A stretch of 64,000 nucleotides of DNA from assembly GCF_000315625.1 (NCBI RefSeq), contig NW_005434671.1, positions 1,103,170-1,167,169 on the forward strand, written 5' to 3'. Position numbers and translations under genes: made by a program. The stretch comes from Guillardia theta CCMP2712 (lineage: Eukaryota; Protista; Cryptophyta). The stretch's first letter is position 1; every line of letters starts with the position of its first letter. The notes under the pieces were generated by a model. That model was given only the letters and a program-made list of their open reading frames with translations, searched no databases and was not told where the DNA came from. Shown one piece after another: positions 45,416 through 59,777 of the stretch.

Positions 45416-48400
45416 CTACTCCTCCGGCTCCTCTAGCGGCTGAATCCTCGGGCTGGTCGCCATGAGCGCTCCCAGCGTCAGCTGCATACGAGTCAGTCAA
45501 GAGCGCGGCCATGAGCAAGGCTCGGGGACCACGTAGAAGCCTCCAAGGAGGGAGTACTGCCCGCGGAGAGAGTCGGCGACCTGCAAGGAAGAGACTGAGG
45601 CGAAGGAAGAAATAGTTCGCCTCCTGTCTCACTGTAACTTTGTCAAGTTTGAGCTGACGCAGGAGAAGCTTGTTCCTCTTCTGACCGAGCAAAGAGTCTT
45701 TCTCTGCCGCCTGCCGCACGTTCAGCCTCCTCCTCCTCCCACCATGCAAAAACACCATGGCCGAAAGCTCCGAGGCACAGAGGCCTTCACAGCCGTAGCG
45801 GATCATCGAGATCGACCGGAGAGGCTGGAGGAGGAGGTCAGAGGCGGGGCAAGGAGGAGAGTCCCAGACCTCGAGCAGAGGAGGAAGTGAAGGACTGCCT
45901 GAGGGCCCGACAGCTCCGACGATGGTGAGGACGAGAATGAGAGGAGGACCCATGGCAAGAGCCTGGCGCACGCGCTCAGAGACGGAAGGAGGAGACTTAT
46001 GGCAGGCAAGGGAGGAAGAGAAGGGAGGGGGGGGGTTACCGCTGCAGGTGAAGTTACACTAGCACCGATGAGCTGACCGAGAGCTGAAGACGACAAGGCC
46101 TGCCAGGGATGAGGAGGAGGAAGAGGCAGGAGGAGGACAGAGCCAGGAAGAGGAGGAGGGGGAGGAGGAGGAGGAGGAGGAGAAAGGCAGGACGATGATG
46201 GGAGCTCACCTGGAAGGTGACAAGCTGAACGAAGTCTTTGAGGCTTCCCTGCATGCCGCAGCTCTGGTGGACGGTGAAGCCTAGGAGGAAGAGAGGAGGA
46301 GGAGGAGGAGGAGGAGGTTCAGGAGCAGATGCAAAGAGAGGCAGAGGCAGAGGCACCGAAGAGAGCAGCGAAGAAAGCGTCGAGTGGGGCCTGAGTGAAG
46401 GTCAAGATGACGGAAGAGAAGAGGAGGGGAAACAGGAGGTAAGGGAGGGGAGATGAAGACGTAAAGGAAGCAGAGAGGTACAGAGCGAAGGGCAGGGCAG
46501 GGCAGGGCAGGGAAGGGAAGGGAAGGGAAGGGAAGGGAAGGGAAGGAAAGGGAAACAGGAGGTAAGGGCAGGGCAGGGCAGGGCAGGGCAGGGCAGGGCA
46601 GGGCAGGGCAGGGAAGGAAGAGGCAAACAAACCTCAGCTAAGGTCTTGCTGAGAAGGTAAGAGAAAGACCCGTAGTATCTCCTCTCCCTCGAGATAGTGA
46701 TCCGTTCCTGTCGAAGTGAAGTCCCTCGTCAAACAGGTGGACGGCAAGGCAGCAGCCGACCTCCACGAAGTTCATCAAGGACTTGACCATGGCGATCATG
46801 GAGCTGTTGATCGACGTCATCACGATGCTCCCGATCCTGTCCACAACCTGCTGCAAGTTCAATACCTCCTGCTCCTGCTTCTCCTGCTCCTGCTTCTCCT
46901 GCTCCTGGTGCTCCTGGTCCTCCTGGTGCTCCTCGACTCTCGTCGCTCCTCCCGTTTTCCTCTACCGTGCACACATCGCTCTCTTTACCACTATCGCTCC
47001 CTCTGACTTGCTATGTACAATCTCTCCCACTGGTCCTCCCGACCTCAAGCCTTGTTCCTGGTAAGAATCTGCTCTTCTCTCCTCCACGCGTTCAGTAGCA
47101 ACTCACCCCAGTCTGCTCTCCCCATACAACTCCAAACAGCCCGGCCAGGACGACTGTTGCTGCCAACCTTGGAGGTGTGAGGAGGAGCGAGGGGATTTGC
47201 CATTCCAGGAAGGAGAAAAGAAAAATGTGAGATGGGAAATCAAGATTGGAAGAAGAAGGGACAGGGCAGAACAGGGCAGTACGGGACAGGGCAGGGCAGG
47301 ACAGGTCAGGACAGGGCAGGGCAGGGCAGGGCAGGGCAGTGCAGGGCAGGGCAGTGCAGGGCAGGGCAGGGCAGGGCAGGGCAGGGCAGGGCAGGGCAGG
47401 GCAGGAGGGGACGGAGAAGAAAGGCAACGAGCAGGAAGGACATCAGCCTCACCTCACGCCATTGACAAAGACATCTCGAGTTGTTTGCTTCACGGCCCTG
47501 CAGAAGAGAGCTCCAAAGGCCGAGCCCAACCTTCCCATTCGTCTCTTTCCGTCCTCTCTCTTCTCCATCCCCCCTCTCTCCCCTATCAGCCGTCAGTTCC
47601 TTCCTCCCGCTGCAGCAGGACAACCTCTGTTGGGTTGGAGGAGAGGAGGAAACGGCAGGCAGAACGGCGAGCCCGAGGGCTTCTCCTCGAAGTAGGAGCA
47701 GCGGAGAGATCGCCACTTCTGTGTGAGGAGGCACAGACGATCACGCGTGTTCCTCTCAGAGTCGTCGGTGGTCTAGGAGAGGAGAGCAAAGACGTGAGAA
47801 AAGAAGATGAATGGAGGGAGACAAGTGACGGCAGAAGGGCGGATGACGAGGGCATGAAGAAGTGGTGAGGAAGGGAGAGCGAGGGAGAGCGCGAGAAGGA
47901 GAAGGAGGAGAAGGAGAAGGAGAAGGAGAAGGAGCAAGGGGGAAAACATTTTCAGTGGCTGCTGAGCACAAAAGAAATCATTACCAGGTCTATGCTAACC
48001 AGGTCCAGGAGGAACTCAGCAGGATTTGTTTCAGCTGGGCACCTGAACGATGTGAGGTGAATGAGGTTTGCCAGACAAAAAACGAGGAAGCAGGGAGGGG
48101 AAGAGGAGGAAGAGGAGGAAAAAGAACAGGAGGAGGAAGGAGAGAGATGCGCGGATAAGTGGAAGTGGCAATGTGAGTGGAAGGGGGGAAGGTTGGGGAT
48201 GGGGAAAGAATTGCCTGAAATTAAGTGAACTGATCCATTTGAGACAATCTTTTCTTGGGCCTGGACATAAATTATCATCTGAAAACGTGAGGAAAGGAGA
48301 AGGAGGGGAACGGGAGGGAACGAGATCAGGAGGGGAAAGGGAGGAGGGAGAGGGGGAGAAGGAAGAGGGAGATACCTGCGTAGATTGTCTCGCCTTCGTT

Positions 48401-48478
48401 GAGAAGAAAGATGTCATCCAATATACGCCAGACCTGCGGATCACGAGGTGGATAAAGATGAGTAAGAGAAGGAGGAGC

Positions 48479-48531
<53 letters not shown>

Positions 48532-48565
48532 CAGGAGCAGGAGCAGGAGCAGCAGGAGCAGGAGC

Positions 48566-48630
<65 letters not shown>

Positions 48631-48679
48631 CAGGAGGAGCAGGAGGAGCAGGAGCGGGAGGAGCAGGAGCAGGAGCAGG

Positions 48680-48711
<32 letters not shown>

Positions 48712-50342
48712 CTGCTATTTCAACGTCCCGTGTACTAGCATATCACCTTTGAAGAAGGCTGATGGATTGAGATGATCACTGCTAGAGGACTCAGTCTCGC
48801 TCCCTCGCTCCCTCGCTCCCTCGCTCCCTCGCTCCCTCCCTCGCTCCCTCCCCCCCCCCCCCCCCCAACCCCCTCCCTCGCTCCCTCGCTCCCTCGCTCC
48901 CTCGCTCCCTCGCTCCCTCGCTCCCTCGCTCCTCACCTGTGTGCCCTGAGTCTGCTAGCTTGCGGAGAACGAGGATCATCCTCTCCGCCTAATGTCGAGA
49001 AAGTTTCAAGAGGGAAGCGCATGCAGGGCGGGAAGAGAAATGAGCAGAAAGAAGCAGGAGGAGGAGCAGGAGGGAGCAGGAGGAGGAGCAAGAGGAGGAG
49101 CAAGAGGAGGAGCAGGAGGAGGAGCAGGAGGAGGAGCAGGAGGAAGGGAGGAGAATCACTTGGAAGGCATCGAGGCCTGACGTCGGCTCGTCTGCAAAGA
49201 TGATATCTGGACTTCCAACAAGCTCGCAACCTGTTCCACTTCAGAGAAAGAATGAAAATGGCGACGAGGATGCGGGCACGGTACTGGATCAGGAGAAACA
49301 GAAGCTGCAGGGGGAGCAGGAGGAGCAGAGGAAGCAAGAGGAGGAGGACGTGGGAGGCGAGAAGTATGGGGAGCAGGAGGAGCAAGAGGAGTAGAAAGAG
49401 CAGGAGGATGGAGTTGGATGAGGGAGTAGAGATCTTCAAACCGAGAGCAAGTCGACGTCGTTCTCCTCCTGATATTCCTCGCGTCCTCTCATTTCCAACC
49501 CTCGATTCACTACCTGCTCGTCAAGAATCGCAACAAGAACTCGCTGACGTTCTCACCGCACGTTCGATAGATGGAGTGTCCTCAACAACTTTTCAACAAT
49601 CTACAGTACAAGCTGTCAGCCTCTGCCATGCAGATTCTCCCCACTTTTCTTCTTCTCTCCACTTCCTCTTCTTCTCTCCTCTTCCTCTCCTTCTCCCCCG
49701 TTGATCTCCTTCCCCTTCTTCCTCGTCTTGTCCTCCCCTCCTGCCCTCCAATCTCCCCCACTCCTCCGTTGCCCAACCTCTTTGCGATGGGCTGTGGAGG
49801 TTCCAGGGAGTCGGAGTTTGGCTGCCATTTGCAACGTCTCTTGAACTGACAAGTGGGAAAAGAACTGATCTTCCTGTAGGTATGAAACAGATTGTCATCA
49901 TACAGTAGAGCAGACTCCTTTCACGTGTATGAATTATCACACGTATGAAGAGACTGTCATTGCACGCACTATCCCCTGCAATATTCTCTCCTACAAATTT
50001 CTAACCTGCCCGACAAATCCATACGTCCGATCAATACGACCATGATAAGCTGAACCTGACAATCTGAAGTGATGACAAACGTGTAAAGAGACTCATTCAC
50101 CAAACATCTGCTATGCTGCCATACCTTCCAGATAGCTTCTGCCTTGGTCGCTGCGACAAGGTCCCTCCAAGAACCTTGAGACAGCATCACATGGGGGTGA
50201 GCTCCTCTTCTCTACCTGTAGCAGAGATGTCTTGCCGGCTCCTGACGGCCCCATGATGGCCAGCAACCTGTTTCGAAGAGGAATCACAGAAGGTGCAGAG
50301 GCACTTGGAATGCAGAGATTGTAGTAGTAGTAGTAGTAGTAT

Positions 50343-50381
<39 letters not shown>

Positions 50382-51023
50382 GAGGAGGAGGAGGAGGAGG
50401 AGGAGGAGGAGGAGGAGGAGGAGGAGGAGGAGGAGGAGGAGGAGGAGGCAAAAGTGATGATCACAACCTGCCCGGATATGCGACACCATTCAGGTTCTTG
50501 AGAACTTTTCGTCCATCTACCGCGAGGGAGATGGCTTGCCATGAAATCGCGGGTGTATCGCTTTCGCCATGAGCCGCCGCGAACAACTACAGCAGATTGC
50601 ACATGAGAAACTGGCGATGGAAGAGGAAAGAGGGGAAACGGAGAAATGAGAGAAAGATCTCCTCTCACCACAAGGAAGAGCGCAAACACGGCGGATCCCC
50701 GAACCATCCTGTATATTGATCTCGGCAAACTCGACCCTTCCCAGGAGGTTTCGAACGGCCGCCTCTGCTCTGATCCTATCCTCTGCTTCAGCAAGGCCTC
50801 ATATCTTAGATTCGTCTCAAAGGACTTCACCAGCACCTTCTCCTCTTCCTTCTCTTAGTCGCGCTGGCTCTTCATCGCTCTCTCCCTCCTGCCATGGCCC
50901 CCAAACTGTTCCTTGAAACTCACATACAGAATCTTTTACACGGAGCCCTAGTGTCCCCTCGTCCCCGCTCAACCTGAAATCAAGTGAGGCGGGCTGGGTT
51001 CGATTCAAAAGTGTTTTTTACCA
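45416..51023 (-). CDS. ABCG half-transporter (white/ABCG7-like), many microsatellite-filled introns
   Basis: Walker A 'MGPSGAGKTSLL', 'SVQETLQMAAKLRL', signature 'RGISGGERRRLAL', Walker B 'DEPTSGLDAF', 'CPAETNPAEFLLDL', 'SMIRYGCEGLCASEL'; last exon 'TSPRIQPLEEPEE*'. Confidence 0.88.
46490..46620. repeat. (GGGCA)n/(GGGAA)n intronic microsatellite (similar tract at 47280-47405)
   Basis: Direct reading. Confidence 0.9.
48473..48932. repeat. (GGAGCA)n and (CTCGCTCC)n intronic microsatellites flanking a small exon
   Basis: Direct reading of 48473-48711 and 48797-48932. Confidence 0.9.
50321..50447. repeat. Compound (TAG)n(GAG)n intronic microsatellite
   Basis: Direct reading. Confidence 0.95.
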
Positions 51024-52074
51024 TGGCGGTTACGGCCGTTGCAGGGGAAGAGCGCGAGAGCATGGCGGCGGATCCCCTTCCGGAGGCCTCCTTTCCCGCC
51101 CTCATGCACGCGCACCGCCGAACTCCTGCTCGTCTTCCTTCAACTTCCAGCTGTTGTTTGTGCTCTCTTCATCTTCAACACTCTCCTTTCTCCTTGCTGC
51201 CTCCCTCTGTCCGCGATCCACCTCAGTCGCAACCAACCCTCTCCCGCTACATCCGTCTCCCTCCTACTCTGCACGTATTTTCTGCACGATCTTGGCTATC
51301 CAATGCTCTTCCGCCATACACGTGAAGTTTCTTTACGCGATCTATGTGCCAGAGCATTTGAGCCTACTTTCACTGCACCCTGGCGCTTCATCACTGAGTT
51401 TTTTCCATTCTGTCAAATAATAGAAAATCTTATCTGTTATTAATTTACATGGTCTTGATGGTTACATAGTGGTTTTCTTATCTGTACAGTCAGTCAGTCG
51501 AGAATGTGCGTGAATGAAGTAAATCTCATCTATGATGTCTTTCTAGAACCGATCAAGGGCAGTTGCGCCATCTGAAAGGTTTCGACTGCAGCATATCGGA
51601 GCTTCCCATTTGGGATGTTCCATTTGGGTTTTAAGTTGTTGGTGTGTCTATTACAGGAGAGTGTTTCAGGGATCTATGATTAAACTGATGGAAAATGACA
51701 TGACAATTATGATCGTTTGAACATGCACTTTTAGTCAAATGCGTTGTACAGAATATGTGTTTTCTGAATATGTGATTGGTTTCTGCAAATTTGATTGATT
51801 CTGTTCTCTGATTTGGATTTTGAACAAAGCAAAATTTGGGGGGGGGGTCGTTCAATTATTTGGGTGTAGAATTTGTAGGAAAAGATTTGGAATTCGATGT
51901 AGTGCTTATTGAACATAGATTTGACCGAAAGTGATCCTTGCTTGCAACGCAATGCATTCTTCTGGATTCTTGCTTTTAATATGTCTGAAAAACTCGCCAT
52001 TACTTTGCAGATTTCGTGCTGTTGTTGAAGACAAGGGGGTGTAGAGTCAGCAAAGGGAACGGGGTTTGGCAACG

Positions 52075-53372
52075 ATGAGTTCAGACGAGGAAATCAATGT
52101 TGAACTTGACCAGGTCCGGTTGTCCTCCCTTTCTCTTGAAACACAGGAAATGATTATGTCTCCAGTCTGAAGATGAAGAACAAACCATCGATAAACCATC
52201 TGAAACCGATCAAGTTGAGCAACGGGGGGAGGAGCCTTCAAACTTGGAAGAGAATAAAGAAGGATCAAACACTCCAACAGCTAAGCAAGATGAAAGTGAT
52301 GAAAAACAGGAACTTTCCAATGATAAAATAGTTTCTAGTGGTGTAGGAAGTGAGGACATTGTCACGGGAGACAACGTACAAGACAAGGACGACAAATCGC
52401 AGGTTCGGAGCCAAGATGATGACAAGAAGGAGGATCCTTCGGAGACTGCCGATGCACAGAAGGAGGATTCTAACGCTCAGGACGAAGTTGAGGAAAGTTT
52501 CGATTTATATGGGGACTTGGAGGAAGATAATGCTGAGGAGAAAGCTGGAAGAGATGATGAATCTGGTTTCTTGCCAGAAGACACCGATATGTCCAGCATT
52601 CCTGTCAACACAGATGTAAAAGATTCTAAATCGCCTGGGCAACATACTGGAAGTTCTGCGAAGAATCAACTAGATTCTGGTCCCAAAGGCCCCTGCTCTG
52701 TCACAGTGAACAAATTAAATTGGTGGACCAGCGATGCAGAACTCGAAACGTTTTTCGCGGAATGTGGCAAAATAAGGAAGATAAGGTTCGAGGAGGACAA
52801 GGCTTGTGGAAAATCCAAGGGCATAGCTCACATCGAGTTCGTCGACAGGTTTCGTCTTATTTGATTCAGGTCAATTGTCTCACACTCTTTTCAGCGTGTC
52901 TGCTTTGGATGCTGTCAAAAGGAGTGAGTCCACCCTGGATGGGGCTAGGATTCTAGTGAGCCTGGACCTGCATCCTGCGCTATCGCAGGGTCAAATGCGA
53001 CAGAATGTTCCTCTGCCCGGCGCTGGACAGTCGCTTGTTGGGAACGTGAGCCCAACACTGTCAGCTCAGGGAATGCCTCAGCCGATGATGCCCGGCAATG
53101 CGAGAGGATCGACGCAAGGACGAGACGCCATGAGTAGAAGTTCAAACCAAGGGAACGCATATGGAATGATGCGGGGAATGCCGATGCCAGGAATGATGAT
53201 GCCTCCGGGTATGTGGGGAATGCCTGGAATGATGCCTCAGATGTGGGGAATGCCTGGAATGATGGGCATGCCTGGGCAGCAGGTCTGACACTATACTCGG
53301 CGTGGTAGTATGATGCTGATAAGATTTGTACTTCAGATGCCAAGCGGAAGTGACAGAAGGAGGAGTAATGGT

Positions 53373-53449
<77 letters not shown>

Positions 53450-53756
53450 TAGGAACAGAGAAAGGGACAGAGACCGAGACAGGGACAGGGAAAAATCAAA
53501 GGAAAAGGATAAAGACAAGGACTCTGATAAGGGAAGCGAGAAAGAGAAGGAAAAATCTCGAGATCGTGGCAGCGGGAAAGAAAGGTCTCGCTCTAACTCG
53601 AGGAAGCGATCGTCATCCCGCGATCGCGACAGGGATTCTCGCAGGTTCGTCTAGAAAGAAAATTATTTACTTGGCCGCGATCCTTTCAATCTGACGATGG
53701 TATTTGGCAGGAGAGACCGGAAGGATGAAGAGAGAAATCTGAAGAGGAGACGCTAA
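52075..53756 (+). CDS. CPSF6: Cleavage factor Im large subunit (CPSF6/7-like): RRM, P/G/M-rich region, RD/RS tail
   Basis: 'FDLYGDL', RRM 'VNKLNWWTSDAELE...IRFEEDKACGKSKGIAHIEF', (GGGACA)n encoding RD dipeptides, RS-rich end. Confidence 0.8.
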
Positions 53757-54262
53757 TCCTCAGTCACGCGGGGTGACTCAATGATTGAAGCGCACCACTA
53801 TCGCAAAGTAGGACTGCGGCCAGTCACGTAGTACACCGGGCACCGGGCCATGAACTTCCGAGTTCGAAAAATGATACTACTCAGTGACTAGTAAACTTGG
53901 GTAGTGCGACTCGTCGCCGTAGAACTTAAACCCGCCACCGTCTTCTTGTTCCGCTTGTGCCGACCGTACAGTGCGCCGTCATCCCGGACGCCTTGCACCC
54001 GGTGGCCGCGGTGCCGCCCCGCGCACCGGGCCAACGGCATCCGAGTCGGAGGCCCGGCCTGGGGGGCCGGGGGCCGGGGGTGCTCAGACTCCGGCACGGC
54101 CGGAGCCCGGGGCCGGGCGGCCGGGCGGCGCAGTCCGACGCCGTGACGCCGACACCCGGTGCGCCGCCGGGTGGAACAAATAACGGTGGAGTAACGAGCA
54201 GCTATGATTTCAACGATTTGTAACGGAGGCAATCGACACCTGTCTCCAGTCTGCACTGAACC

Positions 54263-57200
54263 ATGGCGCAAGACAATGCTGGAGGAGGCGCAGAAGGCAA
54301 GGCCAAGGAGGAGAAGAAGAAGACCAAAGCAGAGATTAAGAAGGAAGAAGAGATGGTGACACATTTTGCAGTCTCATTGGAGGGCTTGCTCTGACTTTCT
54401 CCCCCTCCCTTCCCCTCCCTCCCTGCCCATCTTGTCCGTCTCTGTCTTTCTCTCCCTCTCTCTCTTGTGAAATGCAGAGCCCTGAGGACATCGAACTTCG
54501 CGATCGCCTTGCCCTTCTGGCTGAACGAGTGAAAGATGTCGATGCGGCTGTGGCCAAGGCTTCGCTAGACGCGATGAAGTGATTGTTCTTTGCTGCAGCA
54601 CATGTGTTTCTGACTTTGATACTCCTGTTGACAGGGAGGAGATTCGGGCAGCAACCAGCTCGATGACTTCAGTCCCCAAGCCATTGAAGTTTTTGAGACC
54701 CCACTACCAAGGGCTGAAGGATTTCTTCAGTAGTATGATGGACAGCGAAAACAAGACTCTTCTTGCTGACGTGCTATCGGTGCTGGGAATGACCATGGCT
54801 GGGTGAGTTACACTAGAAGGAGGCAAGAACCCATGTTTAACGCCATTCTTTGGAAGGTCCGGAACAAGAGAGAGCTTGAAGTACAAGTTGTCTGGCGCTA
54901 AGGGGGGACTGGACGTCTGGGGCTTCGAATACGTCAAGAACTTGGCAGGGGAGATTGGTCTTGAGTGGACACATAGGAAGACGACAGACCAGAGCACTGA
55001 TGACCTGAAAGAACTAGTTGAAGAGATCGTTCCATTCAATATCAAACATGGTAGTGAGCCAGAAGCGTGCGATCTTCTCATGGAGGTCGACCTTCTCCCT
55101 CGGGTAAGATCTTGGATTCCCCAGTCACGTTGCGTGATTCTTTCAACCAGGTCCTTGAACATGTTGCCGAGAACAACTACAGTAGAATTGCCTTGTATCT
55201 CACAAGTTGTGCTTCCTACGTGCCAGAGCCTGAAGATAGCATGATCTACAACGTTGTTTTTCAAATTTACAAGAAAGTGAACAGGTGAGTCTTGTTTAGC
55301 ATGTGTTTGAGGAACTCAAACTTCCATTGTCAAGGTTTCCGGAAGCACTTCGGATTGCCATCAGATTGAATGATGCTCAGCTTGCTGAAGAAGTTCTCAG
55401 CTCATGTGAAGATGAAGACATCAAGAAACAACTGGCTTTCATGGTTGCTCGACATGGAGCTCTGAATTTGACCAGCGAAGACGAGGCGCTCACTGAGATT
55501 CTTGGAAATACCCACCTTAGCGGCCATTTTTTGTCACTTGCTCGTGATCTTGACGTGTTTGAGGTTTGAATTTGTCAAAGATCTGGTTTCAATGGCTCAT
55601 CCGTTTTACAGGCCAAGACTCCAGAAGAGATCTACAAATCCCATTTGACGGAGACAAGGACTTCGATGGAAAATCTCCAGTCTGCGCGAGCCAACCTCGC
55701 GTCTTCTTTCGTGAATGCCTTCGTTAACGCAGGGTACACCTATCACTAGCTGGAACGTAGAATCTTTCCTGACAGCTTTACAGATTCGGAAATGACAAGC
55801 TTCTCACCGGCGACAGCAAGGCACTCTCTACCTGGATTTACAAATGCGGCTCACAAGACTCTGCACATGGGAAAATGAGTGCTGCTGCGTCCTTAGGAAT
55901 GATTTTGATGTGGGACGTTGACAGTGGTCTTAATCAAGTGGTCCGATTGACTGAGATCAATGAGGATTACATCCAGGCTGGTGCATCGCTTGCTTCAGGA
56001 ATTGTGAGCGCCAATGTTCGAAGCGAGTGCGACCCTGTGCATGCCTTGCTATCGGATAAAGTAGAAGACAAGAAGCTATCTACAATTCAAAGGGTTGGCG
56101 CAGTGTTAGGCTTGGGGCTTGCATATGCAGGAACACAGAAGGAAGACATCTTAGATCTGCTTACACCAATAATTGCTGATCCAGAGATTGATATTGATTT
56201 GTTCTCCATGGCTTCCCTGGCTTTAGGATTTGTGTTTGTTGGTAGCAAGAAAGCCGATATTGCCGAGAATATCATTCAGGGTCTTTTGGATCGATATTCA
56301 GATGATCAGAAGGTGAACTAATTCTTTCATGTTCTCACAAATAATTCCTTCCCCTGCTCAGGTCGTTAAAGATGCCGCCTCGCGTTTCGCATGCCTGGGA
56401 TTGGGCCTCATCTTCCTGGGACAGCAGGAAGCTGCAGATGTCACCATGGAAGCCTTGAAGGCTGTCCCTGGCCAGATTGGTCAATACTGCAGCCTTACCG
56501 TTGAGACTTGCGCCTATGCTGGAAGGTATTATCGTTTGATTAGATGCCACAACAGGTTGACAGATTGTGCAGTGGTAATGTGATGAAGGTACAGAAGATG
56601 CTTGGAATTTGTGCAGAACATCTCGAGGAAAACAATAGCCACCAAGCAGTAGCAGCTATCGGAATTGCTTTGGTAGCCATGGGGGAGGAAATGGGAGCAG
56701 AAATGACCTCAAGGAGCTTTGAGCACATGCTTCAGTATGGGGAAGTCAATCTAAGGAGGGTTGTTCCCTTGGCGGTTGGCTTTTTGCACATGTCGAATCC
56801 GAAACCGACAGTCATCGACATGCTTAGCAAGCTTTCTCATGATGGAGATTCGGAAGTAGCGCAGGGTGCGATCATTTCGCTTGGTTTTGTGGGTTCTGGC
56901 ACGAACAATTCTAGAATCGCCCTCCTGTTGAGGCAGCTTTCGACTTATTATGGCAAGGATTCAAATACGCTGTTTGTTGTCAGAATTGCTCAGGTCTGCC
57001 ATCTGTCCATCATCTATGTTGTGTTGACATTCAATTTGTTCAGGGTCTTTTGCACATGGGCAAGGGGTTGATGACAATTTCTCCTCAATATTCCGACAGA
57101 TTGTTGACCTCTCCCACTGCCTTGGCTGGAATTCTCGCCGTGATGCATTCCTGCATGGACTTCAAAAACGTCATTTTGGGGAAATACCATTATATGCTCT

Positions 57201-57689
57201 ACATGATCTCGATTGCAATGCAACCGCGTATGCTTGTCACGGTCGATGAACAGCTCAAGCCTCTCCCCGTTTCCGTCAGGGTTGGACAAGCAGTGGATGT
57301 TGTGGGACAAGCTGGAAAGCCCAAGTCCATCACTGGTTTTGCAACACATACAACCCCTGTGTTGCTTGCGTATGAACAGGTGAGTGGATGCAAGCCGTTT
57401 GAAGGCGTCTGACTTCCTTTTGTGACAGAGGGCTGAACTTGCAACCGACCAGTACCTGCCCCTGACCTCGGTGTTGGAGGGCTTCGTCATCTTGAAGGAG
57501 AATCCTGACTGGAAAGCGGATGCTGAGAAGAGCTCGCCGTCAAAGAAGGTACAAGAGGTGTCTGACATGTAGAGCTGGTGTGATTGTTGGTCGCAGGCCG
57601 AAGCCATGGAGATTCATGACGATCACCTCAAGAAGATGGCGCTGAAGATGGCCAATGTGAGACCGGATCAGAGAATGTACGGCAAATAA
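54263..57689 (+). CDS. RPN1: 26S proteasome regulatory subunit RPN1/PSMD2
   Basis: '[19 protein letters not shown]', '[13 protein letters not shown]', '[11 protein letters not shown]', '[16 protein letters not shown]', 'LSKLSHD', '[31 protein letters not shown]'. Confidence 0.98.
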
Positions 57690-57746
57690 ACGCCTGAACC
57701 TTGAATGCTCAATCACTGCATGCTTCGCGCTCATTCTTCTCCGCAC

Positions 57747-58948
57747 CTATGTTCTACGTTTAATGAAACTTTCGACCTCCTTCAGTGCTTTGTTGAGGGC
57801 TGAGGTGGAGGAAAGAAAATGATTCCCTTTGGGAACAAGAGCGAGTTCGACTAGATCTGCATTATTCTCATGAGCTCGCAGAACTTCGAACAATCGCTCG
57901 GCATGCTGTGGAGGTACATGCCTGTATCACCAGCAGTAAGCGGCGAGTTTGAACAGTCATGATTGTAAACCTGTCCTCTGAACCGTGGAGGATCAGGAGG
58001 GGAACTTGTAGATCCCTTGCCAGCTCTTGAGGCCCTGGAAAGGAGGAGTACGAGTCGATGTAATCCTTGGAAAGCTTCCACCTGTACGAGATTCACGAGG
58101 GAGGAGGAGCGCAGTGGTACTCTGCCTCTGAGGATTGTCGGGGCAGCCGAAAGGAAAGAATTCCTTGTAGCAGAACCCTTTCTCCTTGGCCTCCTTGACC
58201 TTGCAGCACGTGTCAGTGAAGGACAGGACGAGGGCCTCTACCGTGACTCACCTGGTCCTCCGAGAAGTCCAGGGCAACTGACCCCGGAATATCGTCCACA
58301 CATGCGAATGTGAAGCATCCAGCCACCGGGTCACCTGCGAGCTGTGAGCTCGGCTGCGCTGATTCTCGAGTCCCACCGGGAGGATGGAGTTCTTTGCTCG
58401 CAGCGTACGCTAGAGACAGAAAAGCTCCTGTGCTGAGGCCGCAGATGAAAAGTCTCGAGTTGGAGAACCGCTGGCAGCAGAAGCTGACCTGGTGCATCGG
58501 CAGCTCAGAGGGCATGAAGAAACAGTTATGGTCAACCACAGCCGCTATGTCCTGCATGTCCCCTGTCAAGGTCTTGGACACAAACTCCGGCGGTGCTTCA
58601 CTTGCTCGCTCTGCTACCAACGTCATGATCCGAGAGGGGAGCTGAAGGATTTCCTGCATCAAACTCTTGAGCAGAGGAGCCTGGGATTCCTCTTGTGTTG
58701 AAAGCCACGAAGACACTGCGGTCAAACTTCTTCAAAAGATGTTCGCAGAGCTTTCGAGGGAATCTGCTGGCAAAGAAGCAATGGTCTGGTGTAGGAACGC
58801 CTTGTTTGAACAACATCAAGGCATCTGGTGTTACTGATGCGTCGGGGAAACCATGATTGTACAGGAAAACGTTCTGACAAGCCTGATCGCTCTCTACATT
58901 CTTCTCCAGTCTTGTGAGGATCAAGTCTTGAACCTTCACGATCTCCAT
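57747..58948 (-). CDS. Alpha/beta hydrolase with complete Ser-Asp-His triad
   Basis: Oxyanion 'HGFP', 'FNTRGIPGS', nucleophile 'GLSTG', 'LILHGSEDR|HVPP', 'KGNHFL'. Confidence 0.8.
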
Positions 58949-59777
58949 CTTTGAGCTCAGGTGGCTGAGAGGCGAGCAACGAGCACACTTGCGGTATTCA
59001 CTCAAGAGTGCGGATCGAGCTCGCAACGGCGACGAAAGCGAAGAAACCAACACCAAGACAAGTCGGAGCGATGAAGGCAGGCAAGACGGTGCTGAGGAAA
59101 TGAAGGAGGAATGGAAGGAGGAGGAGGAGGAGGAGGAGGAATGGAAGGAGGAGGAGGAGGAGGAGGACTGGAAGGAGGAGGAGGAGGAGGAGGAGGAGGA
59201 GGAGGAGGACTGGAAGGAGGGTCGGGTTATTGAATGTCTTCCTCCTCCTACGGGACCCATACCGCACATCGCCAGCCACAAACCATTTCCCCTCACTCTG
59301 AGGCGGAGCAGCAGCTCTCCCCGACTCTTGTCTTGCTCCGATTGCTGCTGCTGCTGCTGTGCCTGCTAGAGTGAACGACTTCTGTCTGGGACTCAACATC
59401 CTGGCTGCATCACTGACCTTATCTGTATCTCGCTTCCTCCCTTTCGTCGCCTGTCTCACTATGGGTCTGTCACTTCATATCATGAAGTATTTACGTATCT
59501 CCCTGCCCAACTACCTCCGTATCAATCCTTGTGTTTATCTAGGTACAGCTCATTGCGTCAACCTGATTTCCTGCTTTCATCTTATAACAAACTGTCGTTT
59601 CTTGTTTTATTTCCTTCTCTTGCCGAAACTGGTTCACGAAATCTCACCCTTCATCATCACAATCACATCATCAATTCTCCATGCGGGCCTTGTGTTGCTC
59701 TTGCTCCAGAGATATTCAAAATTCACAGAGTAACCGTGAGGGTTGCCAGTTCTGAATGAGAGAGGTCAGGACAACCA

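Noticed and set aside
46054-49704. Many RS-, PCPAL- and GQGRA-repeat ORFs
   Set aside because: Translations of intronic microsatellites in the ABCG gene.
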